A DNA stretch of 64,000 nt from NCBI GenBank assembly GCA_037146995.1, contig JBAWWA010000006.1, positions 15,031-79,030 of the forward strand, written 5' to 3'. This stretch comes from a bacterium (GTDB taxonomy: Bacteria; Patescibacteriota; Patescibacteriia; Patescibacteriales; GWE2-39-37). The position numbers and the translations under genes are program-made. The notes beneath the pieces were generated by a model. That model did not search any database, was not told the DNA's origin, and worked only from the letters and a program-made list of their open reading frames with translations. Position 1 is the stretch's first letter; each line of letters begins with the position of its first letter. Positions 19,355 through 28,305 of the stretch are shown here, piece after piece.

Positions 19355-19993
19355 ATGATAATTACCTGGCTCGGACATTCATCGTTCAAAATTCAAGACA
19401 AGACAACGGCTGGCGGCGTTACCTTGATTACCGATCCGTATGCTGACAGTATCGGTTTTAAAATGCCAAAACTTGAGGCTGACGTGGTCACTATTTCTCA
19501 TGACCATGAGGATCATGCCAATTTTGGTGCAGTGCGCGGCACTCCCTATCTAATAAATTGCGCTGGTGAGTATGATGTTAAAGGTATTTTGATTGAGGGG
19601 GTAGAAGTATCTCATGATGAAAAAGGTGAGCGCGGTAAGGTTATTGCCTTTAGAATAGATTTAGATGATATTACGGTAGTGCATCTCAGTGACCTAGGCA
19701 CGACATTGACCCCAAAACAGCTTGAGCCATTGACTGGGGCGGATATTTTATTAATTCCTGTTGGTGGCAAGTACACGCTCGATGCAAAAAAGGCCGTAGA
19801 GGTGATCGCTCAGCTTGAGCCTAGAATTGTTATTCCGATGCATTACATGGTGGACGGTTTGAAATATGACCTTGATCCGGTAGAAAAATTTATCAAAGAG
19901 CTGGGGATTAAGCCTCGTCATGAAGAAAAGTTAAAAATTAGTAAAAAGGATTTGCCAGTTGAAGACATGGAGTTGGTTATTTTGAGTTTTTAA
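19355..19993 (+). CDS. MBL-fold metal-dependent hydrolase (UPF0173-like)
   Basis: N-terminus MIITWLGHSSFKIQ, metal motif SHDHEDH, about 210 aa, as in the small beta-lactamase-fold hydrolases. Confidence 0.75.
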   Translation: MIITWLGHSSFKIQDKTTAGGVTLITDPYADSIGFKMPKLEADVVTISHDHEDHANFGAVRGTPYLINCAGEYDVKGILIEGVEVSHDEKGERGKVIAFRIDLDDITVVHLSDLGTTLTPKQLEPLTGADILLIPVGGKYTLDAKKAVEVIAQLEPRIVIPMHYMVDGLKYDLDPVEKFIKELGIKPRHEEKLKISKKDLPVEDMELVILSF

Positions 19994-20000
19994 GTATAAT

Positions 20001-20432
20001 ATGTTAAGGGGGAATAAGAAAAAAATTAACAATCTGATTACGGAGGCTGAATTTGAGGCCATGGCCCTGAAAATTGAGCACGAAAAGCGCTTAATTTTGT
20101 ATACGGGAGTCAGTTTTTTTATGATCTTGTTTATTAGTATGTGGTTTTTTTCTTTTAGGCAGGAAGTGCAAACTAGCGTGCCGGAACTAAAAGCTCAGGA
20201 TACTGTTGACGGCATGCTCAGCAAACTTAAGCAAAGTTTGTTTGATACTCAAGATAGTATTAATCAAGTTAAAAAGCAAGTTACTAATTTGACTGGTACT
20301 ACGACCGAAGTAGTGAGCTCAACAACAAGTCGGGAATTAGATATCGATGCCTTAAATATCGAAATTAAAAAGAGCCAAGCTGAAGATTTGAATATGGCCA
20401 CCGGTACGTTAAATTTACCAGTTAGTGAATAA
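20001..20432 (+). CDS. hypothetical single-pass membrane protein
   Basis: 143-aa ORF with one TM helix (LILYTGVSFFMILFISMWFF), 7 nt after the previous gene. Confidence 0.45.
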   Translation: MLRGNKKKINNLITEAEFEAMALKIEHEKRLILYTGVSFFMILFISMWFFSFRQEVQTSVPELKAQDTVDGMLSKLKQSLFDTQDSINQVKKQVTNLTGTTTEVVSSTTSRELDIDALNIEIKKSQAEDLNMATGTLNLPVSE

Positions 20433-20455
20433 TTTATTGTCAATGTTAAAATAAT

Positions 20456-23101
20456 ATGCCAAAGAAAGACGAGGAAAAAGCCAAGGCTAAGAGTCAAAAG
20501 CCAAAAATAAATCATGACAAAGAGCCTATCGAGGATGAGTCAACGACCAGTGAGAAGGAGGCGGTAATTGAGGCTGAGGATGCAAGCGAAGAGGTGGAAA
20601 AAAATGAAAGCACAGATAGTGGATCGAGCCTCATTGTTACCGAGAGAGGGATGACTGAGTTCGGTATTGTAGAACCTCAACCGATTGTTACAGAGATGCG
20701 TAAGTCGTATCTTGATTATGCTATGAGTGTGATCGTCTCCCGAGCCTTGCCTGATGTTCGTGATGGCCTCAAACCGGTACATCGTCGCATCTTGTATGCC
20801 ATGTGGACTATCGGGCTGCGCTCAAATGCTAAATTTCGCAAATCAGCGACTGTCGTCGGTGAAGTGCTGGGTAAATATCATCCTCATGGTGATAGTGCAG
20901 TTTACGAATCAATGGTTCGTATGGCTCAGGATTTTTCTTTGCGATATCCGCTGGTTAGGGGGCAAGGAAACTTTGGCTCACTCGATGGTGATAGTGCCGC
21001 CGCCATGCGTTATACAGAAGCTAAATTAGCGGCGATTGCCGAAGAAGTCTTGTTTGATTTGGACAAAAACACGATTGATTATATCCCGAACTACGATGGC
21101 TCACACAAGGAGCCTCGCGTCTTGCCTGGTCGTTTGCCGCAACTACTTTTGAATGGTACGGTCGGTATTGCTGTCGGCATGTCGACCAATATTCCGCCCC
21201 ATAATTTGCGGGAACTGACTGGCGCCATTAATTGTATTATTGAAAATCCTGATGCAACGGTCGAAGATTTGATTCAACATGTTAAAGGACCAGACTTTCC
21301 GACTGGTGGCTTGATTTATAATAAACAAGATATTCAGCAAATTTATGCTACTGGCAAGGGCGGAATCGTCTGTCGTGGTGTGGCTGAGATAGTTGAGGCC
21401 AAGGCTGGATATTTTCAAATTGTCATTACTGAGATTCCTTATCAGGTAAACAAGGCGACCTTGGTAGAAAAAATTGCTGACTTGGTCAAGGATAAAAAAA
21501 TTGACGGCATCAAAGATTTGCGCGATGAATCTGATCGTGAAGGTGTGCGCATTGTCGTGGATCTCAAAAAAGAGGCCTATCCTAAAAAGATTTTGAACGC
21601 TTTGTTTAAAATGACGCAACTTCAAACGACTTTTCATGCCAATGTTTTGGCCTTGGTGGATGGTATCCAGCCTAAGGTTTTGACCTTGAAAATGGTTTTG
21701 GTTGAATACATCAAGCATCGCGAGTCTGTTGTTCGTCGTCGAACGCAATTTGAACTGGACAAAGCGCTTGACAGGGCTCATATCCTAGAAGGTTTAATGA
21801 TTGCTCTGCATAATATTGATGCGATTATTAAGACCATTAAAGAATCAAAAGACAGAGAGATAGCGCGTGAAAATTTGATGAAAAAATTCAAATTATCCGA
21901 GCGTCAAGCGGTGGCTATTTTAGAAATGCGTTTGGCTAATTTGGCCAATCTGGAGCGTCTCAGAATTGAAAATGAATTAAAGGATAAGACTAAATTAATC
22001 AAGGAATTAGAGGCAATTTTAAAGTCAGTACAAAAAATCAGAACCATTGTTAAGGATGAACTGAATGAATTGACTGAAAAATTTGGCGATGATCGTCGTA
22101 CCAAAGTGATTGATCATGCAGTGGGTGAATTTTCAGTTGAAGATTTGGTGCCAAACGAAGAAGCAGTGGTGGTTATGTCGAGAGACGGCTATATTAAGCG
22201 TGTTGCCCCTGATACTTTCAGGGTTCAGGGACGTGGTGGCAAAGGCGTAATGGGTCTGTCGACGAAAGAAGAGGATATGGTTGAGTTCATGTTTACGATT
22301 ATGACGCATTCGGACGTGCTGTTTTTTACGACAACCGGACGGGTCTTTCAGCTCAAGGGCTATGATGTGCCGGTGGCTAGTCGTACTTCCAAGGGCAACG
22401 CTATCGTTAATTTCTTACAATTAGCGCCAAATGAAAAAGTGACCTCGGTTTTACCGCTTGAAAAAGTTGGCGATCGTAAATTTCTATTTTTTGCTACCGA
22501 GAAGGGTTTAGTTAAAAAGGTTGATATTCACGCTTTTGATAATGTTAGGCGCTCTGGCTTGATTGCCATCAAAATAAAAGAGGATGACAAATTAATTTGG
22601 GCCAAACCAACAACCGGCAATGATGAGATTCAGTTAATTTCGGCTCAAGGTCAAGCCATTCGCTTCCATGAAAAAGACGTTAGGGACATGGGCCGTGGTG
22701 CAGCTGGTGTTAATGGTATGAGGCTGCGTAAAAATGATGCCGTGGTTGGCATGGGTATTATTACGACTGACAAAGAAAAGTTGAAAAAATATCAGATTGT
22801 CTCTATAATGTCCAAAGGTTATGGTAAGAGAACTGGACTACATCATTATAAAGTACAAAATCGTGGCGGTTCTGGTATTAGAACGGCTAAAGTAACTGAC
22901 AAGACTGGTCCGATTGCCAATGCTTATGTCATTAATTGGGAGACTATGAAGGATAAGGATTTAATTATCATCTCCTTGAATGGTCAGGTTATCCGTTTGC
23001 CATTTAATACTGTTCCAGATTCCGGTCGTGATACACAGGGTGTGCATTTGATGCGTTTTAAAGAGGGTGATGATCAGGTGGCGAGTGTAACTTGGGTTTA
23101 G
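20456..23101 (+). CDS. gyrA: DNA gyrase subunit A with an about 75-aa charged N-terminal extension
   Basis: [65 protein letters not shown] (catalytic Tyr region), GyrA box QGRGGKG, C-terminal beta-pinwheel repeats. Confidence 0.95.
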   Translation: MPKKDEEKAKAKSQKPKINHDKEPIEDESTTSEKEAVIEAEDASEEVEKNESTDSGSSLIVTERGMTEFGIVEPQPIVTEMRKSYLDYAMSVIVSRALPDVRDGLKPVHRRILYAMWTIGLRSNAKFRKSATVVGEVLGKYHPHGDSAVYESMVRMAQDFSLRYPLVRGQGNFGSLDGDSAAAMRYTEAKLAAIAEEVLFDLDKNTIDYIPNYDGSHKEPRVLPGRLPQLLLNGTVGIAVGMSTNIPPHNLRELTGAINCIIENPDATVEDLIQHVKGPDFPTGGLIYNKQDIQQIYATGKGGIVCRGVAEIVEAKAGYFQIVITEIPYQVNKATLVEKIADLVKDKKIDGIKDLRDESDREGVRIVVDLKKEAYPKKILNALFKMTQLQTTFHANVLALVDGIQPKVLTLKMVLVEYIKHRESVVRRRTQFELDKALDRAHILEGLMIALHNIDAIIKTIKESKDREIARENLMKKFKLSERQAVAILEMRLANLANLERLRIENELKDKTKLIKELEAILKSVQKIRTIVKDELNELTEKFGDDRRTKVIDHAVGEFSVEDLVPNEEAVVVMSRDGYIKRVAPDTFRVQGRGGKGVMGLSTKEEDMVEFMFTIMTHSDVLFFTTTGRVFQLKGYDVPVASRTSKGNAIVNFLQLAPNEKVTSVLPLEKVGDRKFLFFATEKGLVKKVDIHAFDNVRRSGLIAIKIKEDDKLIWAKPTTGNDEIQLISAQGQAIRFHEKDVRDMGRGAAGVNGMRLRKNDAVVGMGIITTDKEKLKKYQIVSIMSKGYGKRTGLHHYKVQNRGGSGIRTAKVTDKTGPIANAYVINWETMKDKDLIIISLNGQVIRLPFNTVPDSGRDTQGVHLMRFKEGDDQVASVTWV

Positions 23102-23209
23102 TGAAGTTTTTGAAAATTAATTAATATAATAATTAAAGCAGTACGTAGCATTTTGCCACGGTGATGATGGAGGACAACCGTTAGAAGCTCTGCGTATAGC
23201 GAAATATGT

Positions 23210-24208
23210 ATGAAAAAACTGATTTTGGCTGGTGTGGTTTTGTCATTTGTATTGACTGGTTGTACTCTTGGAGAGTTCAAGAAGGTTGGCAGTACAAATA
23301 AAAAGTTGACGGCGACTGAGATTAAGGTCAAAGCCGAGAGTTTTATTAACGGGACTTTGATGCAACCTGGTACAACTGCTACCGTTGGTGAGCCAGTACT
23401 TGAAAATGGACTTTACAAGATTAATGTTTCCTTTAAAGATGGCAAGGCAGTCGATGCTTACATGACGGTTGATGGCAAGACTTTTTTCCCACAATCATTG
23501 AGCGTTGAGGAGACTGAGAAGCAGGCTAATGCTAAAAAAGATACAACGGCTGGCGCTACCGACACTCAGGCACCATCTACGGTGACTAAAAAGAGTAATA
23601 AGCCAGTGGTTGAGGCTTTTGTTATGAGTTACTGTCCTTATGGAACTCAGATCGAGAAAGGCTTGATTCCAGTGGTTAAGGCCTTGGGTAATAAAATTGA
23701 TTTCAAGATCAAATTTGTTAGCTATGCCATGCATGGTGAGAAAGAGGTTAAAGAGAACTTGTTGCAATATTGTATTCAAAAAGAACAAACCGCTAAATAC
23801 AACAACTATCTTGCTTGTTTTCTTAAGGATAGTAAGTCAGCAGATTGTATGAAGTCTACAGGTATTGATGAGGCCAAGTTGAAAGTTTGTACTGATGCTT
23901 CTGATAAGAAGTTTGATATTACCAAGAACTTTGAGGACAAGAGCACATATCAAGGTCAATTCCCTCCATTTAACACAGACAAGGCAGACAATGAAAAATA
24001 CGGTGTTCAAGGTTCACCGACTTTAGTTATAAATGGCAGTCAGGCTGATGCTGGTCGCGATTCAGCCTCACTTCTAAAGGCTATTTGTGGAGCGTTTAAT
24101 AAAGCTCCAAAAGAATGCAGCACAAAGTTGTCGTCTGAGTCGCCTGCACCAGGTTTTGGTGAAGGCACAGCAGCAGCTGGTGCTCCAGCTGCAGGTTGCG
24201 GACAGTAA
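23210..24208 (+). CDS. lipoprotein with a DsbA/thioredoxin-like domain (CPYG in place of CxxC)
   Basis: Lipobox VLTGC. The segments FVMSYCPYGTQ ... YGVQGSPTLVINGSQ resemble the active-site and cis-Pro regions of DsbA-like oxidoreductases. The second active-site Cys is absent. Confidence 0.55.
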   Translation: MKKLILAGVVLSFVLTGCTLGEFKKVGSTNKKLTATEIKVKAESFINGTLMQPGTTATVGEPVLENGLYKINVSFKDGKAVDAYMTVDGKTFFPQSLSVEETEKQANAKKDTTAGATDTQAPSTVTKKSNKPVVEAFVMSYCPYGTQIEKGLIPVVKALGNKIDFKIKFVSYAMHGEKEVKENLLQYCIQKEQTAKYNNYLACFLKDSKSADCMKSTGIDEAKLKVCTDASDKKFDITKNFEDKSTYQGQFPPFNTDKADNEKYGVQGSPTLVINGSQADAGRDSASLLKAICGAFNKAPKECSTKLSSESPAPGFGEGTAAAGAPAAGCGQ

Positions 24209-24225
24209 AGTATTTTATTATATAT

Positions 24226-24254
24226 AAAAACCCGCTTTTATAAGCGGGTTTTTT
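24226..24254. terminator. bidirectional rho-independent terminator between convergent genes
   Basis: AAAAACCCGCTT-TTAT-AAGCGGGTTTTT, a perfect hairpin with A and T runs on both sides. Confidence 0.8.
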
Positions 24255-24285
24255 ATTAGCAAGATTTTGACGAAAGAAGTGCAGT

Positions 24286-24567
24286 TTATAGCACAGCGTC
24301 TTTAGCTGCCTTGCCTAGGCGGAATTTAACCACAGTTTTAGCGGCAATCTTGATCTTTTCACCAGTTGCAGGGTTGACACCCATACGAGCTGCGCGCTTA
24401 GCCTTGATCATTTTACCGAAACCTGGGACTAAGACCTCACCATTCTTTTTTACCTCTTTGTAAGCCAAGGTAATGTAAGCATCAAAGAAAGCGTCTACCT
24501 GCTTTTTTGTTAAACCGGTTGTCTCTGAAAGAGTTGCAACTAATTGTGTTTTGGTCAATTTGGCCAT
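24286..24567 (-). CDS. hup: HU-family nucleoid-associated DNA-binding protein
   Basis: 93 aa. MAKLTKTQLV...GFGKMIKAKRAARMGVNPATGEKIKIAAKTVVKFRLGKAAKDAV is a typical HU/IHF fold sequence with the beta-arm RxGRNPxTGE-like motif. Confidence 0.9.
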   Translation of the reverse strand: MAKLTKTQLVATLSETTGLTKKQVDAFFDAYITLAYKEVKKNGEVLVPGFGKMIKAKRAARMGVNPATGEKIKIAAKTVVKFRLGKAAKDAVL

Positions 24568-24742
24568 AGTGTTTTGGTTGTTTAGGCAAATTTATTGCAT
24601 AAACACTAGTAATTTAATAATAACTATCCACAGTATAACACTTTGGATGAGTTTTTGCTAGGCATTATTAAATAGATGTCAATAGTAGCTAGTATTAATG
24701 GGAGTTTTATTAAAAAAATATTTTTTAAAATAAGATAAGTTT

Positions 24743-24771
24743 TTGACATTTTAAATGCTTGGTTCTATATT
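24743..24771 (+). promoter_or_regulatory. sigma70-like promoter giving a leaderless mRNA for the methyltransferase gene
   Basis: TTGACA, 17 nt, TATATT, then 8 nt to the ATG at 24780. The TTG start at 24759 used in the ORF track lies inside the promoter spacer. Confidence 0.55.
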
Positions 24772-24779
24772 ATAAAAAT

Positions 24780-25463
24780 ATGCAACAAAAAACTTGGGAA
24801 AAAGAATACAGTAATCCGCAGCTCGTGACAGGTACTAGCAATGAACCTATCGCCGATGTGGAGCGTTTTGTAAAATGGTACAAGAAAAAAGTTGCTAAGC
24901 CGCTTGGCTTAGCGGTTCTTGATTTGGGTTCTGGCAATGGCAAGAATGGTAATTATCTAGCCCGGTTGGGTGCTCAGATAGAAGGTATTGATATCGCCCG
25001 TAACGCTGTTGATGTGGCTAATAAAATTGCCAAGGAATCAGAGTTGTCGGCTACTTATCGACAAGGTAGTATTGGCGATAATTTGCCATTTAGTGATGGG
25101 TCTTTTGATATGGCAATTGATGCGACTGCCTCGAATTCACTCACCGAAACTGAACGAGCGAAGTATTTGACCGAGACAGCGCGATGCCTAAAACCTGGTG
25201 GTCATTTTTTTGTTAGAGTCTTGACCAAGGATGGAGACAAAAACGCCAAAAATTTGTTAAAACTTTTTCCTGGCAAGGAACATGACACCTATATAATGCC
25301 TGGAGTTGGCTTGATTGAGCGAGTCTGGACTGAAGCTGACTTTCGTGAATATTATAAAGAATTTTTTAATATTATTTTTCTAGAAAAAAGAGAGCATTAT
25401 ACGCGTTTTGCCGGTCAAAAGTATAAAAGGCACTTTTTGATCGCGTATTTGGTTAAAAAATAG
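24780..25463 (+). CDS. class I SAM-dependent methyltransferase
   Basis: Motif I VLDLGSGNGKN, an acidic residue at the end of beta2 (IEGIDI), and post-I motifs. The start is moved to the ATG at 24780. Confidence 0.75.
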   Translation: MQQKTWEKEYSNPQLVTGTSNEPIADVERFVKWYKKKVAKPLGLAVLDLGSGNGKNGNYLARLGAQIEGIDIARNAVDVANKIAKESELSATYRQGSIGDNLPFSDGSFDMAIDATASNSLTETERAKYLTETARCLKPGGHFFVRVLTKDGDKNAKNLLKLFPGKEHDTYIMPGVGLIERVWTEADFREYYKEFFNIIFLEKREHYTRFAGQKYKRHFLIAYLVKK

Positions 25464-25506
25464 GATTCGTGTATAATAATGAGAGTAAAAATAAAATAAA
25501 ATTCGT

Positions 25507-25944
25507 ATGAAAAGCCTACAAGAAACATTTAATCAAATCCAAGAAATCAAAAAAAAGCAAAAGGATCTACGTAGCGCCTATAAAGAGGCATTAGAGCGCT
25601 TGCCATCACATAAAGAGGCGACTGAGGCCATAAAAGCGCTAAGAGAGAAAAAGGTTAAACTCGAGGATGAAGTTAAGCTAGAGTTTAGCAAGGAATTTGA
25701 TAAATTGGATGAATTGAAAATCGAACTTGAGGAGGCTAACATGATGTTAACCGATATTGCTATTTCCGAATTAATGAAGGGTCAGACGGTGGAAATTACC
25801 GATCAAAAAAGTAATATCTATGAGCCAGCTTTTGCGGTCCGCTTCAAGCGTACCATGTCTGGCAGTGTTTCAAATCAATCTGAAAGTCAACCTATTCAGG
25901 AGCGAGCCAAGGCTGATGATATCCCGGAAATTAATTTGTTTTAA
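25507..25944 (+). CDS. hypothetical coiled-coil protein
   Basis: 145-aa ORF rich in K/E heptad-like sequence. It ends 1 nt before the rlmH start. Confidence 0.5.
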   Translation: MKSLQETFNQIQEIKKKQKDLRSAYKEALERLPSHKEATEAIKALREKKVKLEDEVKLEFSKEFDKLDELKIELEEANMMLTDIAISELMKGQTVEITDQKSNIYEPAFAVRFKRTMSGSVSNQSESQPIQERAKADDIPEINLF

Positions 25945-25945
25945 A

Positions 25946-26404
25946 ATGAAATTTACAGTAATTGCCTTTGGTAAATTGCGGACGAAAGAATACAAGACGC
26001 TTTATGACGAGTACATGAAGCGTCTTTCGCCTTATGCTAAAGTCGAGACCATCGAATTAGAACCTGAAAGTTTTAATCCGGGCGAAGAAGAGCGGGCCAA
26101 AAAGAGAGAGGCGGAAAAACTGCTTGACTATATTTATCGGCATAAATTGGGAACGGTTATACTTTGTGATGAAAAGGGTAAAGAGTTCACTTCGCATGAA
26201 TTTTCACAAGAACTAGAAAATCAAGGTTCGGTGGTCTTGGTCATTGGTGGGTCACTCGGTTTTGGGGAGTCGGTAAGAGAAATGCACAAGGTCAAATTGG
26301 CCTTATCAAAAATGACCATGCCCCATGAGCTCGCCCGGGTGGTTTTGGCTGAACAATTGTATCGAGCGGTGACCATAATCAAGGGCAAGACCTATCATTA
26401 TTAG
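25946..26404 (+). CDS. rlmH: 23S rRNA (pseudouridine1915-N3)-methyltransferase RlmH (SPOUT)
   Basis: MKFTVIAFGKLRTKEYKTLYDEYMKRLSPY... with VVLVIGGSLGF and LSKMTMPHELARVVLAEQLYRA. 152 aa. The start is trimmed from the 194-aa track ORF, in the same frame. Confidence 0.85.
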   Translation: MKFTVIAFGKLRTKEYKTLYDEYMKRLSPYAKVETIELEPESFNPGEEERAKKREAEKLLDYIYRHKLGTVILCDEKGKEFTSHEFSQELENQGSVVLVIGGSLGFGESVREMHKVKLALSKMTMPHELARVVLAEQLYRAVTIIKGKTYHY

Positions 26405-26434
26405 AATTTTGTTATTTAAATGAGAAAAAAATAA

Positions 26435-26463
26435 TTGAATTTTAATAATTTGAGTGGTATATT
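26435..26463 (+). promoter_or_regulatory. sigma70-like promoter giving a leaderless mRNA for the MNT/HepT pair
   Basis: TTGAAT, 17 nt, (TGg)TATATT, then 6 nt to the ATG at 26470. Confidence 0.5.
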
Positions 26464-26469
26464 GAAAAT

Positions 26470-26781
26470 ATGAAGCAAAAAACACTGACAATTAAAGAAA
26501 TTAAGCATCAAATAACGCCGATACTAAAAAAAAGCGGCGTGGTTCGTTCTGCCTTGTTTGGCTCATATGCTAGGGGTGAGGCAACCAGCAAGAGTGATGT
26601 TGACCTGATAATTGAAATGAAAAAGCCTCAAGGCATATTTTTTACTATTGGTTTAAAACTGGATTTAGAGGAAAAGTTGAAGAAAAAAGTTGATCTGCTT
26701 ACACCAGGCGCTATAAATCATCGTTTGAAAAAATATATCAATAAAGATGTCATCGAAATCTACAATCAAAGAACCCGTTGA
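26470..26781 (+). CDS. mntA: MNT-type nucleotidyltransferase (antitoxin of a HepT/MntA type VII TA pair)
   Basis: Polymerase-beta nucleotidyltransferase motif LFGSYARGEATSKSDVDL. 103 aa. Overlaps the downstream HEPN gene. Confidence 0.8.
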   Translation: MKQKTLTIKEIKHQITPILKKSGVVRSALFGSYARGEATSKSDVDLIIEMKKPQGIFFTIGLKLDLEEKLKKKVDLLTPGAINHRLKKYINKDVIEIYNQRTR

Positions 26782-27103
26782 ATTTCTATATCACATTTTT
26801 GATAGCATTAGCTACATCCAGAAGTTTACAAAAAAAGTAACACTTGCAGAATTTAAGGAAAATGTCGAAAAGCAGGATGCGGTAGTTAGGCGATTCGAAA
26901 TTATTGGTGAGGCTTCAAATAATGTGACAGAAAAAATTAAGCGTGATAATCCTGATTTGCCGTGGCGCGAAATGAAGGCAATGAGAAATTTTGTTTCGCA
27001 TGAATATTTTGGTATTGATTATGAGGATATTTGGAAGGCAGTAAAAAGTAATTTACCACCGCTTAAGAAACAGATTAAGGCTTTAATAAAGGCATTGGAG
27101 TAG
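26747..27103 (+). CDS. hepT: HepT/DUF86 HEPN-domain toxin
   Basis: 118 aa with the HEPN R-x4-H motif RNFVSHEY near the C-terminus. 35-nt overlap with the MNT gene. Confidence 0.8.
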   Translation: MSSKSTIKEPVEFLYHIFDSISYIQKFTKKVTLAEFKENVEKQDAVVRRFEIIGEASNNVTEKIKRDNPDLPWREMKAMRNFVSHEYFGIDYEDIWKAVKSNLPPLKKQIKALIKALE

Positions 27104-27112
27104 TTTTAGCTA

Positions 27113-27856
27113 TTGAAATATAATATGTTTAATCGAATATCAAGTTTTGGCTTGTATGTAATTTTAACTAGTGCCTTGATTATTTCATCTCTTTTGTGTG
27201 GATCCTACTTGGGTCAACATCCGCACCCGCTACTTATTTTAATCTTACCAGTATTCATCTTTTTTCTGATATTGATTATTCATAATTATAAAATTTATTC
27301 AAAAATAGCACTATTTTTTTTACCAATTATTTTAGGTGTTGTTAATATGATTGCAATTGAATTTAGTGCGACAAGATTAAATAATTTTAATTCAATTACA
27401 TTATTTTATGCTATTGTTGGTGGTGCAATAATGGGGTTAATTTTAAGTTTAAATTATTTATATTTTTTTGATAAGCCGATATTGACTGACGATATTAAAT
27501 ATAAGCCACTATTAATATTGGGTTTAATAATACCACTTGCCTCATATGGTCTTAGATTTAGTTATGTCAATACATACCAAAAGGAAGATGTGATGCTTTA
27601 TTTAAATTGCGGTAGTATTTTTTTAGCATTGCTTTTTATCTTTTTAAATAGAAAAATTAACGATAGCTGGGGATGGAAAATTCTGGCACTGTTTGGAATT
27701 GTTTTTTCGATATTTGTAACTAATGGAGTTCTTAGTGGATTGCAATATGGATATGGGGATTATGATTATACGCAAAATGAATTGCCATTATGCTCAAGCA
27801 GCATAACAAATAACTGTCATCCGGGGCTTAGTGAAGATCGATATGATTTAAGATAA
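27113..27856 (+). CDS. hypothetical polytopic membrane protein (very AT-rich)
   Basis: 247-aa ORF (TTG at 27113, ATG at 27125) with about 7 hydrophobic helices. No motifs recognised. Confidence 0.45.
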   Translation: MKYNMFNRISSFGLYVILTSALIISSLLCGSYLGQHPHPLLILILPVFIFFLILIIHNYKIYSKIALFFLPIILGVVNMIAIEFSATRLNNFNSITLFYAIVGGAIMGLILSLNYLYFFDKPILTDDIKYKPLLILGLIIPLASYGLRFSYVNTYQKEDVMLYLNCGSIFLALLFIFLNRKINDSWGWKILALFGIVFSIFVTNGVLSGLQYGYGDYDYTQNELPLCSSSITNNCHPGLSEDRYDLR

Positions 27857-28124
27857 AATAAATTTAGATATATTTAAAATTTATTAGTAAAGAAAAATAC
27901 TGCATTAATTATGAATGGTTAAAAGTGGAAAGCTGTAGTTAATGGCATTAGTGCTTATGTGTTTGGATTTAATAAAAATGAACTAGCGCTAAGCGTAATT
28001 TTTAATAAAAGCATGGGTAGTATTTTAATAAATTACCTAAATATGGGAAAGGTTAGATGAAAATATTAAAAATTTACAATAATAATTAGGTGATTGCAAT
28101 AAACACATAATAATTCCAAGTTTT

Positions 28125-28154
28125 CTTGACAATTTCGGGCTTTTACATTATATT
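28125..28154 (+). promoter_or_regulatory. candidate typA promoter
   Basis: TTGACA (28125-28130), 18 nt, TATATT (28149-28154). Confidence 0.5.
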
Positions 28155-28203
28155 TATAGTGTTAATTTACTCTCTGCGGAATGCAGATTTTTTTGTCTAA
28201 AAA

Positions 28204-28299
28204 ATGAATATCAGAAATGTAGCGATTATCGCCCATGTAGACCACCCCACGTCGCTAAAGCTTTGCGGGGCGAGACTCAATAAATCAATCAATCAATAA
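28204..28299 (+). other. 31-codon upstream ORF created by a duplicate of the typA 5' end
   Basis: 28204-28246 matches 28306-28348 with one mismatch (43 nt). The uORF reads MNIRNVAIIAHVDH, the same as TypA residues 1-14, then diverges (PTSLKLCGARLNKSINQ). Its stop is at 28297-28299, 6 nt before the typA ATG. Confidence 0.7.
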
Positions 28300-28305
28300 A
28301 TAATT

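Noticed and set aside
21143-21781. 212-aa minus-strand ORF inside gyrA, plus similar antisense or alternate-frame ORFs in ftsH (39271-39696), the giant genes (47770-48231, 48383-48781, 13591-13989) and small paralog 2 (57130-57582)
   Set aside because: They overlap strongly supported or far longer plus-strand genes and have no motifs. They are shadow ORFs.
24759-24779. TTG start of the methyltransferase ORF, and likewise the TTG start at 58028 of the first DUF916-like gene
   Set aside because: Both lie inside well-formed -35/-10 promoters (24743-24771 and 58028-58056). Downstream ATGs at 24780 and 58097 give sensible N-termini, and the latter gives a proper signal peptide.
25820-25945. N-terminal 42-codon extension of the rlmH ORF overlapping the previous gene
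   Set aside because: The canonical RlmH N-terminus (MKFTVIAFGK...) starts at the ATG at 25946, 1 nt after the upstream stop. The extension has no homology-like features.
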